This document shows positions 19,375-31,192 of a DNA stretch of 64,000 bases, piece after piece. The notes below the pieces were generated by a model. That model was not told the origin of the DNA. It searched no databases and saw only the letters and a program-made list of their open reading frames with translations. The stretch is from the NCBI GenBank assembly GCA_963703225.1, contig OY969801.1:768001-832000 (forward strand), given 5' to 3'. Position 1 is the first letter of the stretch. Every line of letters starts with the position of its first letter. This stretch comes from Candidatus Eiseniibacteriota bacterium. GTDB taxonomy: Bacteria > Eisenbacteria > RBG-16-71-46 > SZUA-252. A program made the translations under genes and the position numbers.

Positions 19375-20796
19375 CTACAGCGTCTTGACGGCGGCCGCCA
19401 GCTTGGCGATCGAATCCTTGGCGTCGCCGAAGAGCATCATCGCTTTCGGGTCGTAGAACAGCTCGTTCTCGATCCCCGCGAACCCGGGCTTCATGCTCCG
19501 CTTGAGAACCAGGATGTGCTTGGCCTTGTCGGCGTCCAAAATCGGCATCCCGTAGATCGGGCTCTGCGTGTCGTGCCGGGCGGCCGGATTGACGACGTCG
19601 TTGGCCCCGACGACCAGCGCCACGTCGGCACGCTCGAACGCGGGGTTGACCTCGTCGAGATCGCGCAGCTCCTCGTACGGGATGTTGGCCTCCGCCAGGA
19701 GCACGTTCATGTGTCCCGGCATCCGTCCGGCCACCGGATGGATGGCGTACTTCACCTCGACGCCGCGCGCCTTCAGCAGATCGGCCAGCTCCCGTACCGC
19801 GTGTTGCGCCTGCGCCACCGCCAGCCCGTATCCCGGAATGATGATCACCGATTGGGCGAACGCGAGGATCGTCGCCGCGTCCTCCACCGAGACGTCCCGA
19901 ACCGGCCGATCGGCGACCGCGGCCCCGCGGCCCCCCGCGCCGGGCGCCGCGGCCTTCGGAGCGGCGCCAAAGGCCCCAAAGAGGACGTTCGTGATCGGAC
20001 GGTTCATCGCGCGGCACATGAGGTAGGTGAGGAATGTTCCGGATGCGCCGACCAGCGTCCCGCTGATGATCAGCACGACATTGTGGAGCGCGAACCCGGT
20101 CGCCGCGGTGGCGAGCCCCGTGAACGAGTTCAAGAGCGAGATCACCACCGGCATGTCGCCGCCGCCGATTGGGATCACGGCCAGCACGCCGAGCAAAAGG
20201 GCGCCCGCCAGGAACGCGTGGAGCGCGTGGGGACCACCCATTCCCACTAGCGACATCCACCCCAAGACGAGAATCGCCGCCAGGAGAAGCCCGTTCACAA
20301 CCTTCTGGAGTGGATAGGTGATCGCCCGCTCGGTGAAGATGCCCTGGAGCTTTCCAAAGGCGACGATGCTCCCCGAGAACGAGACCGCCCCGATCAGCGC
20401 CCCGAGCAGAATGCTGATCCCGCTGTCCAGCGGAAGCGAGCCGGTCTCGTGAATCAGGTGGCCGTACTCCAGCGTCGAGACGAGCGCCGCCGCGCCGCCG
20501 CCCGATCCGTTGAAGAGGGCGACCATCTGCGGCATCGCGGTCATCGTCACCGTGCGGGCGGCGAACGCGCCGATCGCGCCCCCGACGGCGAGCCCCGCCA
20601 GGATCCACCGGTAGTCCAGAATCTGGCGGTCGAGCAGCGTCGCGACGACGGCGATCAGCATTCCGACCGACGCGATGAGGTTCCCGTTCCGGGCGGTCTT
20701 GGGCGAGCTCAGTCCCTTGATGCCGAGGATGAAGAGGACCGCGGCCAGGAGGTAGGCCGCGTGGATCGCGGTCTGAAGCACGGGGTGGGCCGTCAC
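19375..20796 (-). CDS. pntB: NAD(P) transhydrogenase beta subunit
   Basis: MPQMVALFNG, IGGGDMPVVISLLNS, HPVAGRMPGHMNVLLAEA, GANDVVNPAA. Confidence 0.97.
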   Translation of the reverse strand: MTAHPVLQTAIHAAYLLAAVLFILGIKGLSSPKTARNGNLIASVGMLIAVVATLLDRQILDYRWILAGLAVGGAIGAFAARTVTMTAMPQMVALFNGSGGGAAALVSTLEYGHLIHETGSLPLDSGISILLGALIGAVSFSGSIVAFGKLQGIFTERAITYPLQKVVNGLLLAAILVLGWMSLVGMGGPHALHAFLAGALLLGVLAVIPIGGGDMPVVISLLNSFTGLATAATGFALHNVVLIISGTLVGASGTFLTYLMCRAMNRPITNVLFGAFGAAPKAAAPGAGGRGAAVADRPVRDVSVEDAATILAFAQSVIIIPGYGLAVAQAQHAVRELADLLKARGVEVKYAIHPVAGRMPGHMNVLLAEANIPYEELRDLDEVNPAFERADVALVVGANDVVNPAARHDTQSPIYGMPILDADKAKHILVLKRSMKPGFAGIENELFYDPKAMMLFGDAKDSIAKLAAAVKTL

Positions 20797-21092
20797 TTCC
20801 CGTCCGACCCCGGCTTCTTGCGGAACATCTGCAGCATTCGGTCGGTGACGAGGAATCCGCCCACCACGTTGATGGTTCCCAGCACCACCGCGACAAACCC
20901 GACGATCCGGGCGAGCGTCGAGTCGGCGCTCCCCAGGACGAGCATCGCGCCGACGAGGACGATGCCGTGGATGGCGTTCGTGCCCGACATGAGCGGCGTG
21001 TGGAGGATCACCGGGACCTTGGAGATCACCTCGTAGCCGATGAAGATCGCGAGCACGAAAATCGTGAGGTCGCCCAGGAGGGTGTCGATCAC
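20793..21092 (-). CDS. pntAb: NAD(P) transhydrogenase alpha subunit part 2 (membrane)
   Basis: GTG start; VP..LHTPLMSGTNAIHG; NVVGGFLVTDRML.MF. Confidence 0.95.
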   Translation of the reverse strand: MIDTLLGDLTIFVLAIFIGYEVISKVPVILHTPLMSGTNAIHGIVLVGAMLVLGSADSTLARIVGFVAVVLGTINVVGGFLVTDRMLQMFRKKPGSDGK

Positions 21093-22294
21093 AAGGCGCT
21101 CCTCGCCGCGCCGGCGCCGCCGTCGACCGCGCCGGCCGTCGCGCCCTTCTCGATCCGCTCTCGGGTCGGGGCGTGGAGGATTTGACCTTCGTGGGTGACG
21201 CAGGTGTCTCGGAGGATGTCGTCCTTGAAGTCGATTGCGAGCTTCCCGTCCTTGAGCAGCAGGAGCGCGAAGGTCGAGATGTTGCGCGAGTACATCTGGC
21301 TCGCGTGGACGGGCAGGGTCGCCGCGAGGCGAATCGGCCCGATGATCGTGACGTCGTGGCGCACCGTTTCCTTGCCGGGCTCCGTGAGCGCGCAATTCCC
21401 GCCCATATCGGCGGCGAGGTCGATGATGACCGAACCGGGCTTCATCGTGGCGACCGCTTCGGCGGGAATCAGCTTGGGCGCGGGGAGCCCTGGGACGCGA
21501 GCCGTGGTGATGATCACGTCCGCCTGCGGGAGGCGCGCGAGCAGAAGCTGCTGGGCCTTGGCCCGCGCCTCGGCCGACAGCTCCTTGGCGTAGCCGGAGG
21601 GGTCCTGCGCTTCCTCCGCGGAGAGCTTGGGTCCGACGAAGGTCGCGCCCAGGCTCTCCACCTCTTCCGCCGCGGCGGGGCGGATGTCGTAGCCCTCGAC
21701 CACTGCGCCCAGGCGGCGCGCCGTCGCGATCGCTTGGAGCCCCGCCACGCCCGCGCCCACGACCAGGACGCGGGAGGGAGCGAGCGTTCCCGCGGCCGTG
21801 ACGAGCATCGGAAAGAATCTAGGCACCGCCGAGGCCGCCAGGAGGACAGCCTTGTAGCCAGCCGCCGTCGCCATGGAGGAGAGCGCGTCCATCCGCTGGG
21901 CCCGGGTGGTGCGCGGGATCAAATCCATGCTGAAGCTGGAGACGCGCCGCTGGGCCAGCGAGCGGACGACGTCGAGGTTGCTGAGCGGCCGGAGCATGCA
22001 GATCAGCACGGAGCCCTCGCGGAGCATCTCCGTCTCGTGGCGGCCAAGCGCGGAATTCGGAAGGGGTGGCTGAATCTTTAGGATGGCGTCGGCATCGGAC
22101 CAAAGAGAAGCCGGATCGGCGACGATCGTGGCGCCGGCGTCCTTGTAGGCCTGATCGGGACGGAACGTGCCCGCTCCGGCGCCGGCTTCGACGAGGATTT
22201 CGGCCCCGGCCGCCTTGAGCTGGCGGGCCGACTCTGGGACGATCGCGACGCGCCGCTCGCCGGGACCGCTTTCCCGGGGCACTCCGATCTTCAT
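21089..22294 (-). CDS. pntAa: NAD(P) transhydrogenase alpha subunit part 1 (NAD-binding)
   Basis: MKIGVPRE...ERRVA; RAQRMDALSSM; GAGVAGLQAIATA; DLAA..GGNC. Confidence 0.96.
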   Translation of the reverse strand: MKIGVPRESGPGERRVAIVPESARQLKAAGAEILVEAGAGAGTFRPDQAYKDAGATIVADPASLWSDADAILKIQPPLPNSALGRHETEMLREGSVLICMLRPLSNLDVVRSLAQRRVSSFSMDLIPRTTRAQRMDALSSMATAAGYKAVLLAASAVPRFFPMLVTAAGTLAPSRVLVVGAGVAGLQAIATARRLGAVVEGYDIRPAAAEEVESLGATFVGPKLSAEEAQDPSGYAKELSAEARAKAQQLLLARLPQADVIITTARVPGLPAPKLIPAEAVATMKPGSVIIDLAADMGGNCALTEPGKETVRHDVTIIGPIRLAATLPVHASQMYSRNISTFALLLLKDGKLAIDFKDDILRDTCVTHEGQILHAPTRERIEKGATAGAVDGGAGAARSAL

Positions 22295-22356
22295 TGCGCT
22301 ACGATCTCGGGATTGGGATTCATCGGGCGCGTGACTCTACCAGAAAGGAGCCACTT

Positions 22357-22920
22357 GTGAAATCTATCACACGGACCCGGAGAACGAAGCGACGGCGGCC
22401 CGCGGTGGCCCCGGAATTCCGCGAGTACATGCGAAAGATCGACGCTTTTCGCGCCGGGCGCCCCCCGCTCCCGCTCCTCCGAACGGGTCCCTCCAAGATC
22501 GCAAGGGCGGTGGCTGGGCTCAGGAAGGATCAACTCCGCCGCAGGCCCGCCCCGGGAAAATGGAGCATCAACGAGATCGTCGGGCACCTTGTCGACACCG
22601 AGTACGTCTACGGATTTCGCCTGCGAATGGCGCTCTCGGAGTCGGGACGGTCGGTGCTGGCGTACGACCAGGCGGTCTGGGCCCAGATTCTGGGACACCA
22701 ACGCCGGGCGGCGCCGCAGATGATGGATGCGATTCAGACGATGCGTCGCGCGACGTTGGAAGTGGTCGAGTCGGTGCCGCGCCGCGCGTGGAAGCGCTAC
22801 GGGCTTCATCCCGAGCGGGGGAGGGAGACCGTCCGCCGCACACTGGAGCTGGTCGCGGGGCACGATCTCAACCACCTCGACCAAATTCGAGCGATTCGCA
22901 AAAAGTTCGGTTGGGGTTAG
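22357..22920 (+). CDS. DinB family protein
   Basis: GTG start after AAGGAG; PGKWS..EIVGHL.D.E; YDQ..WA; GHD.NH..QI. Confidence 0.85.
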   Translation: MKSITRTRRTKRRRPAVAPEFREYMRKIDAFRAGRPPLPLLRTGPSKIARAVAGLRKDQLRRRPAPGKWSINEIVGHLVDTEYVYGFRLRMALSESGRSVLAYDQAVWAQILGHQRRAAPQMMDAIQTMRRATLEVVESVPRRAWKRYGLHPERGRETVRRTLELVAGHDLNHLDQIRAIRKKFGWG

Positions 22921-23669
22921 ATGTCAGCCCAGCTTCCGATCGTCTTCATCGGCGGTCTCTTCAACGTCCTCCCGGATGAGCAAGTGCGTCAATGGTTTGC
23001 CCCTCGTAGGGCGCTCTCACCCGATCTCCTGGGGTACGGGGAGTACGCCGACTACCACGCCGAGCAGATCACGATGGAGTCCCAGGCCGACCACGTGGCC
23101 GCGCTGGCGCGCGAATCGGGCGCGGACCGGGCACACCTCGTAGGGCAGTCGGTCGGTGGGGTGATCGCATTTCTGGTGGCGCAACGGCACCCCGACCTTG
23201 TCGCTTCGGTGATCTCGGTGGAGGGAAACTTCACCCTCGGTGACGCGTTCTGGTCGCAGAAGATTGCCGGCATGGAGGAGGCGGACGTGCGCCGAGTCCT
23301 CGAGGTGTCCCGGAAGAATCCGGCGGGCTGGCTCCAAAACTCCGGTATCGAAGCGACGCCGGACAACCTCGCGATCGCGGCGCGGGCCCTGGATGTTCCG
23401 CCGCTCGTGATCCGGCGATGGCGCGCACCGTGATCGCGGCGACCGAGGGGGATCGGTTCATTCGCCTGGTCGAGACGCTGCTGGACGGAGGCCTGCCCGT
23501 TAGCCTACTGGCCGGTGAGCGGTCACGTGATGGTTGGTGCGTGCCAGACTCCATCGCCCAGCGGGCAGGTGGCGTCCGCGTACTGCCCAACGCGGGACAT
23601 CTCATGATGCTCGAGGCCCCGTCGGCGTACTTCGAGCTGGTCGCCGAGCTGGCCGACGGGGACGGATGA
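22921..23669 (+). CDS. Alpha/beta hydrolase; apparent frameshift near 23415
   Basis: PDLLGYG, HLVGQSVGG nucleophile elbow; C-terminal NAGHLMMLE.P in another frame. Confidence 0.75.
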
Positions 23670-23696
23670 GGGCTTGCGCCGCGATCCCCTTCGCGC

Positions 23697-24451
23697 CTAC
23701 GCCTTGACCGGGGCGCCGCGGGCCGCGTCGAGAAACGCGCCCATGAGCTGTCGCGTGGAGCGGGCGTCGGGCATCCGCTCGGGGTGCCATTGCACGCCGA
23801 CGTAGAAGGGATGGTCGGTCCGCTCGATCGCTTCGACCACGCCGTCGGAGCTGCGCGCGGCCACTCGAAAGCCGGGCGCCACGCGGTCGATCGATTGGTG
23901 GTGGAATGAATTGACGACCGCCTGGCAGCCGCTGACCGCCGCCTGGCCGCCGCCCAGAATCTTCGCGAGGATCGTCCCGCCCTCGATCGTGACCGGATGC
24001 TCGGGCGTCTCGTTCACCTCGTCTTCCTCTTCGTGCTTGAGCGCGCCGGGGAGGTCGTCCGGGATGTGCTGCAGCAACGACCCCCCAAACTCGACGTTCA
24101 TCACCTGGATCCCCAGGCAGATGCCCAAGGTCGGGGTGCCGCGCTCCTGCGCCGCGCGCGCGAAGTAGCAGTCGGACTCGTTTCGCTGGGGCAGTCCCAA
24201 CAGCTCGGGGCGCCGCGGCGACTGACCGTAGCGGGCGGGATCGATGTCGCGCCCCTCCGCTCAGGAGGACCCCGTCCACCCGGCCCACCACCTCGCGCGC
24301 CTCCTCGAGCGTCGCGGCCATCGGCAGGATCATCGGCAAGCCGCCGCCCCGGGCCACCAGGTCGACGTAGCTCGCGAACAGGAAGTAGGCGTCGCCGCGC
24401 TTCTGCTTCGGTTTGATGCGTGGGGCAGATGCCGATCAGGGGCTTGGCCAT
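23697..24451 (-). pseudogene. Peptidase C26 / gamma-glutamyl-GABA hydrolase family (PuuD-like), split by several indels (pseudogene or read errors)
   Basis: MAKPLIGI.., DGVLLSGG/DIDP..YG, PTLGICLGIQVMNV..GG, VNSFHHQ, GVQWHPE found in different frames. Confidence 0.8.
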
Positions 24452-24464
24452 CGTCGTTGGCGCC

Positions 24465-25517
24465 TCAGTAGCCCCGCTCGGGGTCGACGCGGTTCAGGAG
24501 CGGCAGCCCCTGGCGCGTCCCGGACAAGGTTGGCGCGGAAGAGCGCCATGGCGCGGGGCCAGAAGCCGCGCGAGAGACCGGAGACGTGGGGCGTGAGGAT
24601 CACGTTCTTGAGCGTATAGAGGCGGCTTTCCGGGGGCAAGGGCTCCGATTCAAAGACGTCGAGCGCCGCGCCGCCCAGATGCCCGCTCGCGACCGCCTCC
24701 ACCAGGTCCTCCTCGCGCACGATCTTTCCGCGCCCCACGTTCAGGAAGAGCGCCCCGGGTTTCATCCGCGCGAACGCCCGCGCGTTGAAGATCCCTTGGG
24801 TCTCGGGGGTGAGCGCGGAGCAGACGACGACGGCGTCCGACTGGCCGAGGAACCGGTTGAACTCGTCCGCTCCCATGACGTCGTCCAGCGTCGGCTCCTC
24901 GCTGGGGAGCCCGAGCGCGCGGAGAAGCTCCGGATCCCAATCCGGCGCCGCCATGGGATCGGCGGCGGAGCGCGATGATCCGCATTCCGAACCCGCGCGC
25001 GCGGCGCGCGACCTCCCGTCCGATCGCTCCGTAGCCGAAGAGGCCGAGCGTCTTGCCATGCAGCTCGTCCGGGATCTCGGGCCCCACCCACCAATTCTCG
25101 CGCCGCATCTTGGTGGTGGTCTGCTCGACGATCGCCGCGCGGAAGCGCCGCGTGAGCCCGATCAGCATTCCGAGCACGTGCTCGGAGATCGGGATGGCGT
25201 GGGCTCCGCGGGAATTGGTGATGACGGCGCCCCGGCGGAGAAAACTCGGGCGTGAGATAGGCCCCGACGCCGGCCGCGGGGGCGTGGAGCCATCGGAGAT
25301 CGCTCGGCCTTGGCCATGACGGCCTCGCCCGGCGCCCAGGAGAAGATGATGTCCGCGTCGCCGATGGCGGACTCGAACTCCTCCTCGTTCGTCGCCCGTA
25401 AGATTTCGACGTCGGGGAAGTCCGCGGCGGAGCGCCTCCACCTCGGCGTCGGGGATCGACCACGGGGGCGAGGCGTCGTTCAAGCCGAGGAGGAGCCGCC
25501 TCCGCGCCGGCGTTCAG
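24465..25517 (-). pseudogene. D-2-hydroxyacid dehydrogenase family, split by several indels; start approximate
   Basis: LRWLHAPAAGV, ITNSRG..A.PISEH, GLFGYGAIG, NVGRG, AALDVF..EPLP, TPHVSG, N.VD..RGY across frames. Confidence 0.8.
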
Positions 25518-27229
25518 AGAATCGATCCCTCCGATTTCAGGAGCATCCGCCGCAGCAACGCGACCGGCAGCGCCCCCTGCGAGAGGATCGTGGCGTGGAA
25601 CTTGGCCAGGTCGAATCGCGCACCCTGCTCGCGCGCCAGGTCGTCGCGGAGCTTTCGGATCTCGAGCGCGCCCAGCGTGTAGATGCAGTAGGTCGGGTCG
25701 AAGGACGCGCGCCCTGCCTCGCCTACCGCGTTGGCCTGCTCGAGTCCGGCGTGATCCATGAAGTATTGAACCCCTTGCTCCATCGTCATCCCGCGGGTGT
25801 GCATCCGGATGCCGACCTGGACCCGGCAGGCGCGGACCAAAGCCCAGCGCATGACGCCGAACTCAATTCGGGGGTCGCCGCCGCCGTACCCCTTGTCCAG
25901 CATCCCCTCCTCGGTGTAGAGACCCCAGCCCTCGCCGAAGGCCCCCGAGCCGAAAGCCTTACGCACGGGCGTCGCGGCGTTCCGCGCATAGAGGAAGTGG
26001 GTGTAGTGGCCTGGGTAGACCTCGTGGATCGAGACCGACGGCAGCGACCAGCGGCTGTACCCCTGGAGGTGCTCCTCGATCCGGGTCTTGGGCCATTTCG
26101 GATTGGGCAGGGTGATGTTGTAGTACCCATCGGTCGCCTTCGTCTCGAACGGCCCCGGTCCATCGAAGCTCGCAAAGGAGCGGCTCGCCGCGAACTCCGG
26201 AGTCGGCCTCACCTTGCAGCGCACCTCCGACGGGATGTCGACGAATCGCGAAGAGATGCTGTACGCGCGAATGCCTTCCAGTAGCCCGCGCGCGTAGTCG
26301 AGCAGGCTGTCGGCGGCCGGATGATCGCGGCGCATCATTTCGACGATTTCCTTCGTCGACTTGTTCGGATCGATCCGGTGCGCCGCCGCGCGGTAGCGCG
26401 CGTCGAGCCGCGCCAGCTCGCGCTCGCCGACGGCCAGCAGGGTGTCGATCGGAAGGTCGATCATGTCGGAGTAGCGGAGCTTCTTTCGGTACCGGTCCTC
26501 GCCGAGGATGTAGCTTCCTTGGCTCGCGGGCTGGAGCGTCCCGCGCATCCACTTCACGTGCTGCTCTGTCTCCGCGATCGCCTCCGCCTTCGCTTTCTCG
26601 AAGTCCGCGAGAAGCGTCTTGTCCTTCACTCCGGAGAACGCGCGCGTCACGTCGTTTCGCAGGTAGGAAATGGTTCCGTCAAAATCGTCCGCGGCGAATT
26701 GGGTGAATATCGCCGGAGGATTCTTGAGGTTAGCCCGCGCGTTCGCCAACTGCCGTCCCACCTGCTTGAGCCGGTTCGTCAGCGAGCGGAGCCGGTTCTC
26801 GATCGGGGCGAAATCGCGGGCGATCATGGTCTCGAGCATGTAGCCGTAGTTGTACTGGCCCGGATCGTCTTGCCAGGGATGCATCTCGGTCAGGTCGAAC
26901 AGGTCGGCCGCCATTCCGGATTGGAGCAGGCTGTAGTCGATCCGGGTCGACGGGTCCAAACTCGCCGGGCGAATCTTCGCGAGGTCGCTCTGGGCGCGGC
27001 GAATTCTGGCTTCCTCGCCCTGAATCGCCTCGGGACTCCAATTCTCGAGCGAGTCGTCGAATTCGTGTAATCCCGAGTAGGTCGCGTTGGACGGCCGGTA
27101 TGCGAACGACCCCTCGATGTAGCGCTGCGCGAGCTCGTCAAAGCGCGCCTTCTCTTTCGGATCGGGGCCGGCGGCGCAGCCGACCGACAGCGCGAACCCG
27201 GCGATGATGAGGGTGCGGCATGTGTTCAT
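25514..27229 (-). CDS. DUF885 family lipoprotein (zinc-peptidase-like)
   Basis: Lipobox SVGC; P..AT..G.H..D; HEVYPGHY; F.EGWGLYTE; Y.LG...I..LR; FH..IL..G. Confidence 0.9.
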   Translation of the reverse strand: MNTCRTLIIAGFALSVGCAAGPDPKEKARFDELAQRYIEGSFAYRPSNATYSGLHEFDDSLENWSPEAIQGEEARIRRAQSDLAKIRPASLDPSTRIDYSLLQSGMAADLFDLTEMHPWQDDPGQYNYGYMLETMIARDFAPIENRLRSLTNRLKQVGRQLANARANLKNPPAIFTQFAADDFDGTISYLRNDVTRAFSGVKDKTLLADFEKAKAEAIAETEQHVKWMRGTLQPASQGSYILGEDRYRKKLRYSDMIDLPIDTLLAVGERELARLDARYRAAAHRIDPNKSTKEIVEMMRRDHPAADSLLDYARGLLEGIRAYSISSRFVDIPSEVRCKVRPTPEFAASRSFASFDGPGPFETKATDGYYNITLPNPKWPKTRIEEHLQGYSRWSLPSVSIHEVYPGHYTHFLYARNAATPVRKAFGSGAFGEGWGLYTEEGMLDKGYGGGDPRIEFGVMRWALVRACRVQVGIRMHTRGMTMEQGVQYFMDHAGLEQANAVGEAGRASFDPTYCIYTLGALEIRKLRDDLAREQGARFDLAKFHATILSQGALPVALLRRMLLKSEGSIL

Positions 27230-28038
27230 ACATCTCCTCCTCTAGTGGCGGCGGAAGCAGCGACCTTACCACGCGGCCGCTGGAAAATCATTTGGGCCGC
27301 CATCACGAACAGGAGGAGCGCGAACAGCCGGGTGAGGGTGGGCGCTTGGGTCTTGTGGGCGAGGAGCGAACCGGCGAACGCGCCGATGGCCCCGCCCGCG
27401 AGCAGGATCGGAAGGCCGCGGACTGTCAGCTTTCCCTGCCGCGCGTAACTCGCCATGCCGACGATGCCGACCGGCACGATCATCAGGAGCGAAACCCCCT
27501 GAGCGGTGTGCTGGTCGATGTTCTGGCCCAGCACCAAGATGGGTACCAGGATCGTGCCGCCGCCGACGCCCAGGAGTCCCGCGAGAGCGCCGACCGCGAG
27601 ACCCAGGATGACGTTCACCGCGGTCGGCCAGGGCCCGGCCCCGACGTATCCGTGCGGAGGAGCGGCGATCAGCCGGATCGCGGTCGCGAGCAGCACCACG
27701 CCGAACGCGACGCGGAGCCGGGGTCCCGGCGTCACGGCGGCGAGGCGCGAGCCCAGGATGACGCCCGGCACGGCCCCGGCCGCGAGGCAGAGGGAGAGCG
27801 GGACGTTGAGGCGCTCGAACGTGTAGTAGGAGGCCGCGGCGACGAGCGCGCTGACGATCATGAAGGCGAGCGAGGTTCCCTGCGCCTGGTGCTGCTCCTC
27901 GTGGAGCACGTGGACGAGGAGCGGAACGAGGACGGTGCCGCCCCCGATGCCCATCATCCCACCGAGGGCGCCGGAGACGACTCCTAACAGGAATGGAAGG
28001 GCGCGCCGCCTCATGGCTTTGGAGGCGGAAGCTATCAC
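27226..28038 (-). CDS. Sulfite exporter TauE/SafE family membrane protein
   Basis: Duplicated G..GIGGG..LVP and H.AQG.SL motifs. Confidence 0.9.
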   Translation of the reverse strand: MIASASKAMRRRALPFLLGVVSGALGGMMGIGGGTVLVPLLVHVLHEEQHQAQGTSLAFMIVSALVAAASYYTFERLNVPLSLCLAAGAVPGVILGSRLAAVTPGPRLRVAFGVVLLATAIRLIAAPPHGYVGAGPWPTAVNVILGLAVGALAGLLGVGGGTILVPILVLGQNIDQHTAQGVSLLMIVPVGIVGMASYARQGKLTVRGLPILLAGGAIGAFAGSLLAHKTQAPTLTRLFALLLFVMAAQMIFQRPRGKVAASAATRGGDV

Positions 28039-28089
28039 AGCGCCGCCAAGCCTGATACCCTACCCAGTCAAGGCGACCCCGCCGCTACC

Positions 28090-29475
28090 ATGTTTCCCCG
28101 CAGACAAAACATCCGGCCACGGATCCTCTGGACCCTCGCGTTCCTAGGGGCGCTCCTGCTCCTGGTGAACGGCATGATCATCTATTCCATCCGCACGTCT
28201 CAGAAGCTGCTGGACCAGGAGTTGGGAAAGCGGCTCCAGGGCACGGCCCACATCGCGGCGCTCCTCGTCCAGCCGGCGCAGTTCGACATGCTGGCCCTCG
28301 CCGTGGCCGATACGGCCGCCGCGGCCGATTCGGCGCTCACCGACTTCTCGATGGCGATGGACGCGCAGGAGGCGGCCGACGCGGTCCGCGCCGAGTGGAA
28401 GCGGCTGGCCCAGAGCGCCGGTCTCTCCAACGTGATCCTGGTCGACCAGTCGCGCCGGGTGCTTCTGCGGCTCCGCGATCCCTTCGCCTTTGAGCCGGAC
28501 GTGGTGGTGCTCGACCGAGTCCCGCTCACCCGCGCGCTCATCGGGGCGGCGTCCCACTCCTCGCTCTACTACAAGGACGGGCAGTACCTCCGGTCCGGCT
28601 ATGCGCCGGTGACGGGGGCGGACGGCGCCGTGCTCGGCGCGGTGGCGGTGGAAGGGGGATCGGAGGCGTTTCGGCCGCTCGAAATGATCCGCACCTCGCT
28701 CTACGGCGCGGCGATCGTCGCGTCGCTCTTGGTCGTGGTGATCGGCATCGGGTACGGACGGACGGTGGGGCATCTCCTCCGGATCGAGGAGAATTTGCGG
28801 CATACCGACCTGCTCGCCTCGATCGGCCAGGTCTCCGCGGGCGTCGCGCACGAGATTCGAAACCCTCTGGCCGTGCTCCGCGGCGCGTCCACGCGGCTCC
28901 AGCGGTACGACCAGCTCCGCACGGAGGAGCGGACCCAGCTCCTCGGCATGATCGACGAGGAGGTGGGCCGGATGAGCGCGTTCGTGCAGAACTTCCTCCA
29001 CCTCTCCCGCCGACCCAATCTCGAGCCCCAGGAGTTTGAGCTCCGGCCCGTGCTGGAGCGGTCGCTGGGAATCCTGCGCGTGGAGCTGGACCGGTCCCAG
29101 GTGGTGACGACCCTCGAGTGGAAGGCGGAAGACGGGGTCTCGCTCACCGGAGACCCGCTCGCGATGCACCACGTGTTCCTGAATCTGGCCCTGAACGCGA
29201 GGGACGTGATGCCCAACGGCGGGCGCCTCGTGATCCGGGTATTCGAGAGGCGGGGAGAGGTGCGGATCCAGTTCGAGGACACCGGCCCCGGAGTCCCGCG
29301 CGATCTCCGCAAGAAGATCTTCGACGCCTTCTTCACCACGCGGGCCAAGGGGACGGGCCTCGGCCTCGCCTTCGTCGATCGCATCGTCTCCGAGCATGGC
29401 GGATCGGTTACAGTTGGGGATGCGCCCGCGGGCGGGGCGCTGTTCGAGATCCGCATTCCCCTCGAGGGCACCTGA
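28090..29475 (+). CDS. Membrane sensor histidine kinase
   Basis: Two TM helices around a periplasmic domain; AGVAHEIRNPL, NARDVM, DTGPG, FFTTR.KGTGLGL. Confidence 0.93.
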   Translation: MFPRRQNIRPRILWTLAFLGALLLLVNGMIIYSIRTSQKLLDQELGKRLQGTAHIAALLVQPAQFDMLALAVADTAAAADSALTDFSMAMDAQEAADAVRAEWKRLAQSAGLSNVILVDQSRRVLLRLRDPFAFEPDVVVLDRVPLTRALIGAASHSSLYYKDGQYLRSGYAPVTGADGAVLGAVAVEGGSEAFRPLEMIRTSLYGAAIVASLLVVVIGIGYGRTVGHLLRIEENLRHTDLLASIGQVSAGVAHEIRNPLAVLRGASTRLQRYDQLRTEERTQLLGMIDEEVGRMSAFVQNFLHLSRRPNLEPQEFELRPVLERSLGILRVELDRSQVVTTLEWKAEDGVSLTGDPLAMHHVFLNLALNARDVMPNGGRLVIRVFERRGEVRIQFEDTGPGVPRDLRKKIFDAFFTTRAKGTGLGLAFVDRIVSEHGGSVTVGDAPAGGALFEIRIPLEGT

Positions 29476-29478
29476 TCC

Positions 29479-30879
<1,401 letters not shown>

Positions 30880-30945
30880 GGCGCCAATCCCCCGGGGCGC
30901 CCGGCGCCACGGCGGCGAGCGGTCATTAGGGAGGCCGCCGTAACA

Positions 30946-30957
30946 TACCGATCGGTA
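30946..30957. promoter_or_regulatory. Perfect 12-bp palindrome, candidate upstream activator sequence
   Basis: TACCGATCGGTA, about 140 bp upstream of the sigma54 promoter. Confidence 0.45.
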
Positions 30958-31095
30958 CAGGCGGGTACGGGCGCGTCCATCTGGCGCCGCGGTGGCCCCG
31001 CGCGGGCACCGGATGAAGGCGATCCGGTCCCCCTAACCCCGCCGCCTCGAACGGCATCCGGACGGGCCGGAACGGCCGGCTTCTGCCGCCTTCCA

Positions 31096-31110
31096 TGGCA
31101 CGACGGTTGC
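31096..31110 (+). promoter_or_regulatory. Sigma54 -24/-12 promoter
   Basis: TGGCAC-GACGG-TTGC matches the consensus TGGCAC-N5-TTGC. Confidence 0.8.
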
Positions 31111-31192
31111 CATCTGCAATGCCCTATGCACTCCCCAGCCGGTAACAAATCATGATCCTTGACCCCTAACGCTCCCCGGACGCGCCACCCCC

